Below are positions 32,501 through 42,567 of a DNA stretch of 64,000 bases, one piece after another. The first letter of the stretch is position 1; each line of letters opens with the position of its first letter. This DNA is from Syntrophales bacterium (GTDB lineage Bacteria > Desulfobacterota > Syntrophia > Syntrophales > UBA4778), in the NCBI GenBank assembly GCA_963665615.2, contig CAXXQE010000001.1, forward strand, positions 327,151-391,150, written 5' to 3'. The notes below the pieces were generated by a model, which did not search any database, was not told the DNA's origin, and saw only the letters and a list, made by a program, of their open reading frames with translations. The translations under genes and the position numbers were made by a program.

Positions 32501-32608
32501 AGCGAGCGCATTCCCCGCTGCTTGCGGCTGGGTAAGCGAGCGAATCAGGAAAAAGCAGCTACCCTGGGAATTGGAGATTCGACGGCGCTCCTCCGGTGAG
32601 TCTCCAAT
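32501..32608. repeat. Copy B of dispersed double-hairpin element
   Basis: agcgagcgcattccccgctgcttgcggctgggtaagcgagcgaatca...ctccggtgagtctccaat. Confidence 0.85.
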
Positions 32609-32617
32609 ATAAGAGTT

Positions 32618-35600
32618 ATGGGTAATATTTTGATAAAAGACGCCAATTTTACATCATCGCAGTGGGACTTTCTCTCTGTCATGGCGGCATTTGACAGCCC
32701 GGTCTCTTTGGATGTGATTGCCCAATTATCACCTCTTCCCCTGGGCCTGCTTATTGAACTGATACGCAAGTGCGAATCGTATGGTTGGGTTTATCTGGAT
32801 GATAACGGTGCATATGGCCTGTCTGATATCTTGCCTGATGACGTGAAGCAGAAGCTCGGGCAGATGAACTCCCCAGAAAAACTGGCCAAGATCACCCGTC
32901 GTATTAAATCAAAAGGACTTATTGATAAAATTCCACCACAGGCATTTCAGGAGCTCCTTCAGAAATCAGAAGGTGAGAATCTAACCATAAAAAACGAGAT
33001 GGCCCTGGCGATTGAAGCATTAAAGGAAGGCAAAAGAGGGGCTGCTGAAAAACATCTGAAGCAAATAGATCGGCTGTTGCCTTCGGTGGGTGAGAGTTCA
33101 TCCGGCAAGGCCTGGTTTGTTTCAGAAGGCATTCGGCTTTCAGAGTACTGCCGTGCCCGGTACATCAGCTCCCGAACGAATATTCTTATTCTGGAAAAGA
33201 TCATCTCGATGTCGCAAGAAATAGGCGATGAACGGAATTGGGCTATTGCCAATCTGCTTCTCGGCCGGATCTATTGGCTTCGGGACAAACTCTGTGACGC
33301 CCTTCTTTACCTGGAGAAGGGAAAAGAAAAGGCAGAGGAACTTGGGGATCACGATATCTTATCGCATGCTTCTTTTTATATTGGCGTCTATTATTTCATT
33401 CAAGGTTATCTGAATAAGGCGGCTAACTACCTGGAACCGGCCACTCAGGACATCTGGGCAAGTGAAGAGTATTTACTGGGTTGCGAGGCGCCTAATTTAA
33501 TCTCCTATTGTTATATGAATCGGTGCGATTTTCAGCGGGCCATCAGCACCCTGGATTTTTTCCGCCAGTTAGCCATAAAACACCGGGATCATTTTACCGC
33601 ATCCTACTATCGTGCTTTTTTGGGCATTAATCTATGGTTTGCCGGGAAGAGAGAAGAAGCCGTTTTCCATCTGGAAGGCGCGATGGTCGATGCCTTAGCT
33701 GCGGACAATGCGTCAGCTTATTGGGTCAGCCATATGGGACTTTCCTGTCTGTATTTCTCTGAGGGCGCGATCGACCAGGGACTCCCACTCTTTGAGAAGG
33801 CCCGCCGGCTAGCGAATGAAGTCGGTATTGTCCAAGAGATCTACCACCCCGCCTATTTTGAAAGTTATTTTAATGCCGAGCAGGCCGGCGCCGAGCTCCC
33901 CGCCGAGTGGCGTTTTGATGCGCTTTTTGAAAGGATCATGCGCGAGCCGAATATTGATTTGCAGGGGACAGCCCTGAGGCTTCGCGCGGTGAAATCGATC
34001 ACAGAAGGCAAGGATGAAGCCTCTATCTTTAAGGATCTGCAGGATAGTGAGACGCTTTTAGAGAAATGTGAAGATTCGTTTCAGCTGGCGAAAACAAGAA
34101 TTGAGATTGTGCGATATTATTTAAGAAACAATCAGTACGAGAAGGCAGCCGGTCTGGCCTATAATATTTACAGACAACTGACTGTCTATAGTGAAATATT
34201 CTTCCCGGATGATCTCAGGTTTCTGCTGGAACAGACAAAAATAGATGCAGCGACACCCGTAACGCTTGAGCCGACCATCCGTATTCTGGAGGAGTTGTTT
34301 TCAAGACCTGAAACGATCAGAATGGATTTATTGTTATCCACCCTTTCGGGCTTCTTCCGGGCGGAACGTTCCGGTATTTTCGTTTTCAGTCGCGGCAAGA
34401 CAGAGCTGCCCGAATTGCAAATGGCCCGCAATCTCTCCCGTTCGATCATCAGCGACCAGAATTTCCGGCGTCATATGGATATGATTAAAACGTGTTATCA
34501 GAGCCAGAAGCCTATCCTTGAAAATCTGCCGAAGGAAGCCTTTGGATCAAAAGAAAAAAGACATGTGTCGGTGATTTGTATGCCGCTATTGCGGGAAAGA
34601 GTCCAGGCTGTTCTTTATTTTGATAATTCCTATATACCGAACTGTTTCGATTTTGTTGATTTGCCCATGCTGGAATCGCTGGGGCGCTATCTATCCGGCA
34701 TTTTAGCGCGACAAGAAAGCGGTATGCTGGATGCTGACGAACCGTTATATTCCCCGGTCAATGCGGGGTGCGTGATTCATGACTCGCTTGATCTTTCCGG
34801 TATCGATATCCTGGTTAAAGATAAAAAGATGGTCAAAACGTTGAATCAAGCCACCCACCTTGCCGAATCGGACGCGCCGGTCCTGATTCTGGGGGAAACA
34901 GGTGTGGGCAAGGAAGTCGTCTCGCAGTGGATTCATCGGCATAGCGCCCGCCGGGACAAGCCTTTTGTGGTTGTGGATCTCACGACGATCCCAGAAAATT
35001 TGATAGACAGTGAACTCTTCGGTCATGAAAAAGGTGCTTTTACCGGCGCCCATCAAAAGAAGATTGGTCGTGTTGAAATGGCAGAAGGCGGCACGTTGTT
35101 TTTTGACGAGATTGGGGAAATCCCTCAGCATCTTCAAGTCAAGCTCTTGCGGTTGCTTGAGCAGAAGACTTTTATGCGGGTTGGCGGGACAAAGACCAAG
35201 ACGGCTGATTTTCGCCTGGTAGCCGCAACAAACCGCAACCTCTTAACTGAGGTGAAAGCCGGCCACTTCCGCGAGGACCTGTATTTCAGACTCAATACAC
35301 TGGAGTTGATGATACCCCCCCTGCGGGAACGTGTTGAGGATATTTCGGTGTTAGCCGCTCATTTCATGACGCAGTTTGCAAAAAAATATAATAAAACGAT
35401 GTTTCCGCTGAACAAGGATCAGAAGCTCATCCTGGAAAACTATGAGTGGCCGGGCAATGTAAGGGAACTGAAAAGCGTTATTGAGCGGGCAGTATTGCTT
35501 TCAGAAGATGGGGTTCTTGTTCTCAATTTTCCTGACAGTAAAGAAAAATTGAGAGAAAATTCATTGTCTGAAATTCAAACTCTTGAAGAACTTCAGCGCC

Positions 35601-35716
35601 AGCACATAAAACATGTATTAGATCTCACCAACGGGAAAATTGGAAATGCCGCAAAAATTCTGGATATAAAACGGACAAGTCTCTATACCCGCATGAAACG
35701 ATTAGGGATATCGTAG
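32618..35716 (+). CDS. Large sigma-54-dependent activator, full-length paralog of 14604-17723
   Basis: [28 protein letters not shown]; shares [38 protein letters not shown] with the island copy. Confidence 0.93.
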   Translation: MGNILIKDANFTSSQWDFLSVMAAFDSPVSLDVIAQLSPLPLGLLIELIRKCESYGWVYLDDNGAYGLSDILPDDVKQKLGQMNSPEKLAKITRRIKSKGLIDKIPPQAFQELLQKSEGENLTIKNEMALAIEALKEGKRGAAEKHLKQIDRLLPSVGESSSGKAWFVSEGIRLSEYCRARYISSRTNILILEKIISMSQEIGDERNWAIANLLLGRIYWLRDKLCDALLYLEKGKEKAEELGDHDILSHASFYIGVYYFIQGYLNKAANYLEPATQDIWASEEYLLGCEAPNLISYCYMNRCDFQRAISTLDFFRQLAIKHRDHFTASYYRAFLGINLWFAGKREEAVFHLEGAMVDALAADNASAYWVSHMGLSCLYFSEGAIDQGLPLFEKARRLANEVGIVQEIYHPAYFESYFNAEQAGAELPAEWRFDALFERIMREPNIDLQGTALRLRAVKSITEGKDEASIFKDLQDSETLLEKCEDSFQLAKTRIEIVRYYLRNNQYEKAAGLAYNIYRQLTVYSEIFFPDDLRFLLEQTKIDAATPVTLEPTIRILEELFSRPETIRMDLLLSTLSGFFRAERSGIFVFSRGKTELPELQMARNLSRSIISDQNFRRHMDMIKTCYQSQKPILENLPKEAFGSKEKRHVSVICMPLLRERVQAVLYFDNSYIPNCFDFVDLPMLESLGRYLSGILARQESGMLDADEPLYSPVNAGCVIHDSLDLSGIDILVKDKKMVKTLNQATHLAESDAPVLILGETGVGKEVVSQWIHRHSARRDKPFVVVDLTTIPENLIDSELFGHEKGAFTGAHQKKIGRVEMAEGGTLFFDEIGEIPQHLQVKLLRLLEQKTFMRVGGTKTKTADFRLVAATNRNLLTEVKAGHFREDLYFRLNTLELMIPPLRERVEDISVLAAHFMTQFAKKYNKTMFPLNKDQKLILENYEWPGNVRELKSVIERAVLLSEDGVLVLNFPDSKEKLRENSLSEIQTLEELQRQHIKHVLDLTNGKIGNAAKILDIKRTSLYTRMKRLGIS

Positions 35717-35727
35717 GTTGACTCCGG

Positions 35728-35837
35728 CAGCGAGCGCCTTCCCCGCTACTTGTGGCGGGGTAAGCGAGCGCATCATGTTTAAACATTTTCCTTAAGGGTC
35801 GGAGAGTAGCCGGAGCTTGTTCCGGGGAGTCTTCAAT
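35728..35837. repeat. Copy C of dispersed double-hairpin element
   Basis: cagcgagcgccttccccgctacttgtggcggggtaagcgagcg...ccggagcttgttccggggagtcttcaat; its end overlaps the kinase stop codon. Confidence 0.85.
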
Positions 35838-38800
35838 AATCGCCATCCGAGAAAGGAATCGTGAAGAAAAAGACGGAACCTTTCCCGGGTTCGGACTCTA
35901 CCCATATGCGTCCGCCATGGCGTTCGACGATTTTTTTGCATACGGCCAGTCCGATTCCCGTGCCCGGATAGGCATCCCTTTGGTGGAGGCGTTGAAAGAT
36001 GAGGAAGATCCGTTCGAAGTACTTTGGATCGATACCGATTCCGTTATCTGCCACCGAAAATACCCATTCATTCTCTTTCTTGCGGCAGCCGATTTCTACA
36101 ATAGGAGGCGCTTCCCCTCTAAATTTTAAGGCATTGGCGATGAGGTTCTGAAACACCTGCGTCAATTGAACCGCGTCGCACGTTACGATGGGCAGCGATG
36201 ATATCTCAACGGAGCCTTCGCTTTCTTCCAGTGCTACTTTGAGATTATCAAGCGCATCCGTCAGGATCGTTTGGCTGTCTTTGGATTCCAAGGGCTTAGC
36301 CCTGGTCCCTACCCGTGAGTAAACCAGCAGGTCGTCGATGAGCTGTTTCATCCTGTTGGCGCCTTCAACCGCGAAGGCAATGAATTCATCCGCATCACTG
36401 CCCAGTTGGCCCTTGTAACGCTTTGACAAGAGTTCGAGAAAGCCGGCTACCATGCGCAAGGGTTCCTGAAGATCGTGGGACGCAATATAGGCAAACTGCG
36501 CGAGTTCGGCATTGGAACGGGAAAGTTCGGCGGTTTTGCTGGCTATTGTTTCTTCCGCCATCTTGCGGTCCGTGATATCCCGGTTGACGCTTTGGCATGC
36601 GACGATAGTGCCGGCTTTGTCGCGTATCCAGGTAAATGCCGCCTCAATCCATATCGTTTTCCCATCTTTATTGAGAAGCGGCGTTTCAAAGAGGGGGGCT
36701 ACATAGGAGGGATCAGCGATCACACGGCTGATGATGCCACTCAATTTGGAGACATACTCCGGCGGCATGAAGTGAGTCGGAGAACTCTCCAACAGTTCTT
36801 CCAGTGAAACACCTGTAAATTTTACCGTTGAAGGGCTTGCATAGAGGAATTGCAAGGAATGGATATCCCAAACACAGAGCATCTCTTTCATGTTGTCAGC
36901 CAGTAATCGATAGCGCTCTTCGCTCCCGCGCAGGGCGTCTTCGGCCTGTTTGCGTTCTGTTATGTCGCGGTTCGCTCCTTGAATGGCGATAACCGCGCCG
37001 GCCGAATCATATAAAAGACTATACGACACCTCAGCCCACATGCTGCGGCCATCTTTACAGATCAGCTCCAAGTCGAAATGCGGGCACTCTACGGGCAGTC
37101 CGGCGGCGGCCGCCTTGAGAGACGCCTCGAAGAAACGCAAAGATGTTCTCGCCGCTTCTTCGCTTATCAAGTCCTTGGGATGCGTCTTCATGACCTCTTC
37201 CCGTGTGTATCCGGTGAACTTTTCCATGGAAGGGCTGATGTAGAGATACTTGAAGGTTCGGGCATCCACCACCCAGACCACGTCCATCATGTTATCAGCC
37301 AGGAACCGATAGCGCTCTTCGCTCTCGCGCAGGGCGTTTTCGGCCTGTTTACGTTCCGTTAAGTCACGGTTCACTCCTTGAATGGCGATAACCGCCCCTG
37401 TCGAATCGTACACCAGGCTGTACGAGGTCTCGGACCACCTGTGAGAGCCGTTTCTACAGATCATCTCTACGTCGAAATGCGGACATTCCACGGGCAGTCC
37501 GGCTGCTGCTGCCTTGAGAGATGCGCCAATACAGTGCAAGGATGTCATCCCAGACTCTCTGGTCATGAATTTCTTGGGTTCCATCCCCATGATTTCTTCC
37601 TGTCTGTATCCGCTGAACTTTTCCACGGAAGGGCTGACATAGAGATATTTGAAGGTCTTGGCGTCCACCAACCAAACCATGTCCGCCATGTTGTCAGCCA
37701 GGAGCCGGTAGTGCTCTTCGCTCTCACGCAGGGCGTCTTCGGCCTGTTTGCGTTCTGTAATGTCTCTGTCTGCTCCTTGAATGGCGATGACCGCGCCAGC
37801 CGAATCATATAAAAGACTATACGACACCTCAGCCCACATGCTGCGGCCGTCTTTACAGATCATCTCTATTTCGAAATGCGGGCATTCCGCGGGAAGCCCA
37901 GCTGCAGCAGCCTTGAGAGACGCCTCGAAATAGCGCGAGGATGTCTTTACCGCTTCTTCAGTTATCAAGTCCTTGGGATACATCTTCATGATCTCTTCCC
38001 GTGTGTATCCGTTAAACTTTTCCGACGAAGGGCTGACATAGAGGTGCTTGAAGGTTTTGGCGTCCACCACCCAGACGTAGTCTACCATGTTGTCGGCCAG
38101 GAGCCGGTATCGCTCCTCGCTCTCGCGCAGGGCGTCTTCTGTGTGCTTGCGTTCTGTGATGTCTCTGCTGATGCCTAAATAACCATTGAGCAGAGCGCCT
38201 AAATAACCATTGAGCAGAGCGGGCTTTTCTTTTAAATAAACACCCGTGGCGTAGTGCCAGCGCCATGTCCCGTCGCGGTGACGCACTCGGTGCTCAACCC
38301 CATTGGGATCCCTCCCTTTCTCCCTCACCTCCTGGAGATAAGACGCGCAGGCGGGGATGTCTTCTTCGTGCACGAATTCCATGAAAGATTTTCCAACGAT
38401 CTCTTCCGGCTGGTGTCCCAACAGCGCCGTCCACCCCGGAGAGACATAAGAAAACAGGCCCTCTGCGTTGATGATATAAATATTTTCATTGATATTTTCC
38501 ACCAGGAGCCGGTATTTTTCTTCACTTTCACGCAGTGCTTCTTCTGCCTTCCTGCGTTCCGTGATGTCGCGGTTGATAAACTGAAGGGCCGTAAGACGAC
38601 CGTTTTCATCAAATCTCGGGCTGCCGCTGGCTTCCACCCAGAGATGGCTTCCGTCTTTGCGAATAAATTCCAGTTCCGCGGATTCGACAGTGACAGGGGT
38701 TCCTGCAAGATTGGCATCGATCGACTCTTTTGTTTTTAAAAACCGCATCTCCCAGGATTCGAGAGTCATCAAACACGCGGGGGACATCTCCATCATCTCC

Positions 38801-40155
38801 CGGACTGTATATTGCAAGTGCCTCTCAGCCGACGGGGAGGCATAAAGCCATGTCATGTTGTGGACATCCAGCACGATAACAAAGTCATTCATATTCTCGG
38901 CCAGGAGGCGGTACTGGTCCTCGCTGGCGCGCAGGGCTTCCTCCATTTTTTTGCGTTCCGTAATGTCGCGCGCGACTCCCAGATAAGTGACCGGGGTGCC
39001 TGTCGTCTCTTCCAGATAAGCCCCCGTGGAAGTATGCCATCGCCATGTCCCGTCGAGGTGACGCACCCGGTACTCGACGCCGCCCGGGACCCCACCACCT
39101 CTTTCGAACACCGCCTGAAGCTGCCAGACGCATGCGGGGATATCATCGGGATGGACGAATTCCTTGAACGATTTGCCGACGACCTGGTCCTGAGTGTGTC
39201 CCAACAAAAACGTCCATGCAGGAGAAACGAAGGTAAAGACGCCCTCGCTATCCAGGGTATAGATAATATCGTTGGTGTTTTCGACGAAGAGGCGATACTT
39301 TTCCTCGCTCTTTCGAAACGCCTCCTCGGCTTGCTTTCGGGCGGTGATATCTCGAGAGGCCCCCTGCAAGGCGACGGCGGCGCCGGACGCATCAAGAATC
39401 GGCCGCCCGGTTGCTTCGAGCCAGATCGTTGAACCGTCCTTGGTATAGCTTTGATACTCGACTTTGACAGCGCTGTCCGTGTGGAGGAGCGCCCTGTTCA
39501 TGGTTTGCTTGACTGCGGGGATAAACTCGGGAAGGACGTATCCCAGCGCATTCTTCTTCGTAAATTCCGCGACGGAGAATCCAAGTACCCTCTCCACGGA
39601 AGAAGTGATATACGTGAATTTCTCACTGGATAGATCAATAATCCAGATAATGTCTTCCATGTTTTCGGTCAGGAGCCGGAAACGTTCTTTGTCGGCCCGG
39701 AAACTCTCTTCGATCTTTATGCGGTCCGAGATATCCCGGAGGATGCACCGGAACGAGGACGTGCCGGCCGCTCCATCCCGGACCGGCTGCAGGGAGGCTT
39801 CCAGATATTTTCTCCGGCCTCTTTTTGTGATGATGTTGTATTGGATGCTCTTTTGGAGTTTCGGGGATTTTTGGGATTTTTCGCAGTGCTCGAAAAATAG
39901 AAGTGCGTTTCCCTTGTCCATCAAATCCCGATAAGTCATGGTCATCAGCTCTTCGCGCGGATAACCGTGAATCTCGGCGAATGCGTCGTTGAAACAGATA
40001 AAGTCGCCGGCAAGGGTTGTTTCAACATATGCTTCCGGTATGTCTTCAACGTTGACTGTCGCGATTGACTTTGCGCGCTTTCGCGCCTGTCTGTCGTTTC
40101 CGTCCCGTGTTGCCATCTTGCAGCCTCTCCCCGTCATTGCAATCGGATATTTCAA
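35833..40155 (-). CDS. Cytoplasmic sensor histidine kinase with nine PAS/PAC domains
   Basis: Nine (E/D)N..D...D / RDIT.RK units; H-box FAYIASHDLQEPLR, N-box QVFQNLIANALKF, DNGIGI, GTGIGLA; no TM segment; start may be ATG 40116. Confidence 0.93.
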   Translation of the reverse strand: MKYPIAMTGRGCKMATRDGNDRQARKRAKSIATVNVEDIPEAYVETTLAGDFICFNDAFAEIHGYPREELMTMTYRDLMDKGNALLFFEHCEKSQKSPKLQKSIQYNIITKRGRRKYLEASLQPVRDGAAGTSSFRCILRDISDRIKIEESFRADKERFRLLTENMEDIIWIIDLSSEKFTYITSSVERVLGFSVAEFTKKNALGYVLPEFIPAVKQTMNRALLHTDSAVKVEYQSYTKDGSTIWLEATGRPILDASGAAVALQGASRDITARKQAEEAFRKSEEKYRLFVENTNDIIYTLDSEGVFTFVSPAWTFLLGHTQDQVVGKSFKEFVHPDDIPACVWQLQAVFERGGGVPGGVEYRVRHLDGTWRWHTSTGAYLEETTGTPVTYLGVARDITERKKMEEALRASEDQYRLLAENMNDFVIVLDVHNMTWLYASPSAERHLQYTVREMMEMSPACLMTLESWEMRFLKTKESIDANLAGTPVTVESAELEFIRKDGSHLWVEASGSPRFDENGRLTALQFINRDITERRKAEEALRESEEKYRLLVENINENIYIINAEGLFSYVSPGWTALLGHQPEEIVGKSFMEFVHEEDIPACASYLQEVREKGRDPNGVEHRVRHRDGTWRWHYATGVYLKEKPALLNGYLGALLNGYLGISRDITERKHTEDALRESEERYRLLADNMVDYVWVVDAKTFKHLYVSPSSEKFNGYTREEIMKMYPKDLITEEAVKTSSRYFEASLKAAAAGLPAECPHFEIEMICKDGRSMWAEVSYSLLYDSAGAVIAIQGADRDITERKQAEDALRESEEHYRLLADNMADMVWLVDAKTFKYLYVSPSVEKFSGYRQEEIMGMEPKKFMTRESGMTSLHCIGASLKAAAAGLPVECPHFDVEMICRNGSHRWSETSYSLVYDSTGAVIAIQGVNRDLTERKQAENALRESEERYRFLADNMMDVVWVVDARTFKYLYISPSMEKFTGYTREEVMKTHPKDLISEEAARTSLRFFEASLKAAAAGLPVECPHFDLELICKDGRSMWAEVSYSLLYDSAGAVIAIQGANRDITERKQAEDALRGSEERYRLLADNMKEMLCVWDIHSLQFLYASPSTVKFTGVSLEELLESSPTHFMPPEYVSKLSGIISRVIADPSYVAPLFETPLLNKDGKTIWIEAAFTWIRDKAGTIVACQSVNRDITDRKMAEETIASKTAELSRSNAELAQFAYIASHDLQEPLRMVAGFLELLSKRYKGQLGSDADEFIAFAVEGANRMKQLIDDLLVYSRVGTRAKPLESKDSQTILTDALDNLKVALEESEGSVEISSLPIVTCDAVQLTQVFQNLIANALKFRGEAPPIVEIGCRKKENEWVFSVADNGIGIDPKYFERIFLIFQRLHQRDAYPGTGIGLAVCKKIVERHGGRIWVESEPGKGSVFFFTIPFSDGDY
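36931..38127. repeat. Three tandem 399-bp PAS-coding units
   Basis: Marker cagggcg recurs at 36931, 37330, 37729, 38128 (399-bp period); long identical DNA stretches between units. Confidence 0.9.
38173..38220. repeat. Perfect 24-bp tandem duplication (ALLNGYLG x2)
   Basis: gcctaaataaccattgagcagagc twice, in frame within PAS5. Confidence 0.95.
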
Positions 40156-40545
40156 GAATCATTCCATATTATTCATTATACCTTGTCATGCCTATGTAAT
40201 GTAAAACAAAAAATAGAGAGCCCCTGTCCGGCTCCGCCTTAACCCGAGTGCGTCCGCCGTACCGAGGATTGCGTCTAGATGTTAGACAAGTTGTAAGAGA
40301 AAGTATGATCCAATTACCTGGCAGGCCAGCGCTCAGGCATTATTAGCTATGCGGGTGCATTTTATTTATGGCAAGGACAATGAGAAAGATGATGAGATTG
40401 AATTGAGTGATCGGGATCAGGATGCGTTTCTTACTTGTCTTAAATTCTCAGCTCTAAGGGACGCGGCCCCGGCCTTCACGGGTTGGGCTGTCCCCATAAA
40501 TGATACGAGGGTTGCAGCCATGATGACTGAAACCCTCGTTGGTTC

Positions 40546-40632
40546 TGGTGCCGGAGCTCGGGTTCGAACCGAGATGCTCTTGCGAGCGGGGGATTTTGAG
40601 TCCCCTGCGTCTACCGATTTCACCACTCCGGC
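40546..40632 (-). tRNA. tRNA-Leu(CAA)
   Basis: 87-nt GCCGGAG...CTCCGGC-A-CCA, anticodon loop CT-CAA-AA, long variable arm. Confidence 0.96.
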
Positions 40633-40796
40633 GTATGTTACGTGTGAAGTGACGGGGGGATTATATCGGCGACGGGAATAATGTCAAGAAGGAATTCAGG
40701 ATTCAATAGGGATTTATGGGGCGCCGTCCTGACTCTATCGCGAAAATCCTGTTGACTTGGGGCTCGCGGTTATGTTAAACGCTTACTTCAATTTTC

Positions 40797-40872
<76 letters not shown>

Positions 40873-40879
40873 AAAAAAC

Positions 40880-40914
40880 GGGGATGCAAGACAGTTTGCA
40901 TCCCCTTATTTTTT
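40880..40914. terminator. Bidirectional intrinsic terminator between tRNA-Ala and SurA-like gene
   Basis: ggggatgcaa...ttgcatcccc with A-tract before and T-tract after. Confidence 0.75.
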
Positions 40915-40968
40915 GCCTGAACTGTTCTGACGGGTGGGCTTCCGAGCCTGCCCGCGGTTCATCGTCTA

Positions 40969-42567
40969 CTAGAGCTCAGAGACCTGCTTATAGTACTTCA
41001 GCTTTCCTTGTTTCTTGAGGGTTTCTATCTGCTCGGCCACCCAGGCGTGGAACAGTCCCGATTCCTTGAGACGCAAGTAGCTGTTCTTAAACTCCTGTTT
41101 CTTTGTCTCGAATTCCTTCGCATCCACCGCCGCTCTTTCCTCGAACTTTACAACGACGTATTCGCCGTCGATGTAAAAGACGGAATCGGGGCAGGGCTTT
41201 TTCGCGGAAATTTCATAGAGTGCCGCCGCTAACTCCTTAGAGGCGCCAATTTTAGGGATGTTGGCATCCGGGAGAAAGAGACCTGTTTCAGCGACGGTTT
41301 GCCCTTTGGCCTTGGCCGCTGTCTCCAGTGGCGTCCCTTTTTTGACGGCTTCAAGAATAGACTTGGCCTCATTCTCCGCGCGATTAACGGCTTCGCGATC
41401 AGTATACTGTTTGGCAACCGCTTCCCGGACTTCACTTAAAGGGGGAATATAAGACGACTTGACCGATGTCACCTGGAGCAGGTAATGCCCTTCAGGCGTT
41501 GACAGGATAGGACTCAGATCGCCCTTCTTGAGATTGGCGAGTTGTTGTCGAATGTCCTTGATTTTGGCGAGTTCCGCTGGAGGATTCTCGGCAGCGAAAA
41601 AGTCGGTCTGGTGAATCTGAAGGTTGTTTTTCTGTGCGTAGCCCTCCATGTTGTCATACTGATACACGGCGTCTCTGGCCTTCTTTACCTCCTGTGCGGC
41701 GAGCTCCATCGCTTTGGCGGCCTTCAGCTCCACAGCGATTTTCTCCTTCAAGTCAGGTGTCAGGCTTTTTTCGCCGGCCTTGTCGAGTGCGGCCTTGCGG
41801 AAACTATACTGCTCTTTGATGTCGTCGTCGGTGACACGGACAGCACCGGCAAAGTGATCCGCCGAGAAATAGAGATAGCGGGCCTGAATCTTCTCGGGCA
41901 CGCGGAATGCGGCGCCGTTGTCTTTGAGGAATTTTTCGAGATCCGCATTTGCGGGCTTGATCTGACCGATGAAGGCTTTGGGGGACACTTTGACAAAACG
42001 GACATTGATTTTTCCATATTCGAGAGAATAGAGATCGAAGAGTTCGCGGTCTGAAACCTGGGCGCCACCGCGAATGAGCGCCTCCACCTTCGCCGTATTG
42101 AGTACGTCGCGCTGATTCCGCTCGAATTCTTCCGGTGTCAACTCATTTTCCCGCAATTGTTCTTCGTAGATTTGGGGATCGAAGACGCCGTTGCGTTGGA
42201 AGGACGGATAGGCATAAATGGCCTCTCTCACTTCCTCCTCGGTCACAGTCAGGCCCAGATCCGCGGCTCGATTCGTGATAACCGCCTGTCTGATGAGAAA
42301 ATCAAGGGTCTGCTGCTTGAGGTTCAGCTTTTTCATCAGCTCTTCAGAGAAGTTATTTCCAAGGTACTTCCGATAGGCTTTGTAGATGTCTTGATATTTT
42401 TGCATGTATTCAGCGTGGGTGATGAATTTGTTTTCAACCTTGGCCACGGCTTGGGCTTCTCTATCGCCCTGTCTTGATCCGAAGTAGCCGATAAAGACGA
42501 TGATGATCAGAAACAGAATGATCTTCATTATCCAGCTTTTGGCCTGTTTTCTCATAAAATTAAGCAT
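40969..42567 (-). CDS. SurA N-terminal domain / PpiD-like periplasmic chaperone
   Basis: MLNFMRK....W..KI + TM anchor, VAKV....IT, P.FQRNGVFD...Y, degenerate rotamase region; ATG 42567. Confidence 0.85.
   Translation of the reverse strand: MLNFMRKQAKSWIMKIILFLIIIVFIGYFGSRQGDREAQAVAKVENKFITHAEYMQKYQDIYKAYRKYLGNNFSEELMKKLNLKQQTLDFLIRQAVITNRAADLGLTVTEEEVREAIYAYPSFQRNGVFDPQIYEEQLRENELTPEEFERNQRDVLNTAKVEALIRGGAQVSDRELFDLYSLEYGKINVRFVKVSPKAFIGQIKPANADLEKFLKDNGAAFRVPEKIQARYLYFSADHFAGAVRVTDDDIKEQYSFRKAALDKAGEKSLTPDLKEKIAVELKAAKAMELAAQEVKKARDAVYQYDNMEGYAQKNNLQIHQTDFFAAENPPAELAKIKDIRQQLANLKKGDLSPILSTPEGHYLLQVTSVKSSYIPPLSEVREAVAKQYTDREAVNRAENEAKSILEAVKKGTPLETAAKAKGQTVAETGLFLPDANIPKIGASKELAAALYEISAKKPCPDSVFYIDGEYVVVKFEERAAVDAKEFETKKQEFKNSYLRLKESGLFHAWVAEQIETLKKQGKLKYYKQVSEL

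Noticed and set aside
36931..38220. CRISPR array or DGR template/variable repeats
   Set aside because: Repeats are in-frame PAS coding units with no spacer pattern, no evident adenine-specific variation, and no cas or reverse transcriptase gene in the window.
32284..40545. Second island integrated at tRNA-Leu 3' end
   Set aside because: Accessory-looking genes, but no duplicated tRNA-Leu 3' end or integrase found by eye.
40349..40681. 110-aa plus-strand ORF (and 40824-41018)
   Set aside because: Overlap tRNA-Leu and tRNA-Ala; translations are tRNA-derived artefacts.
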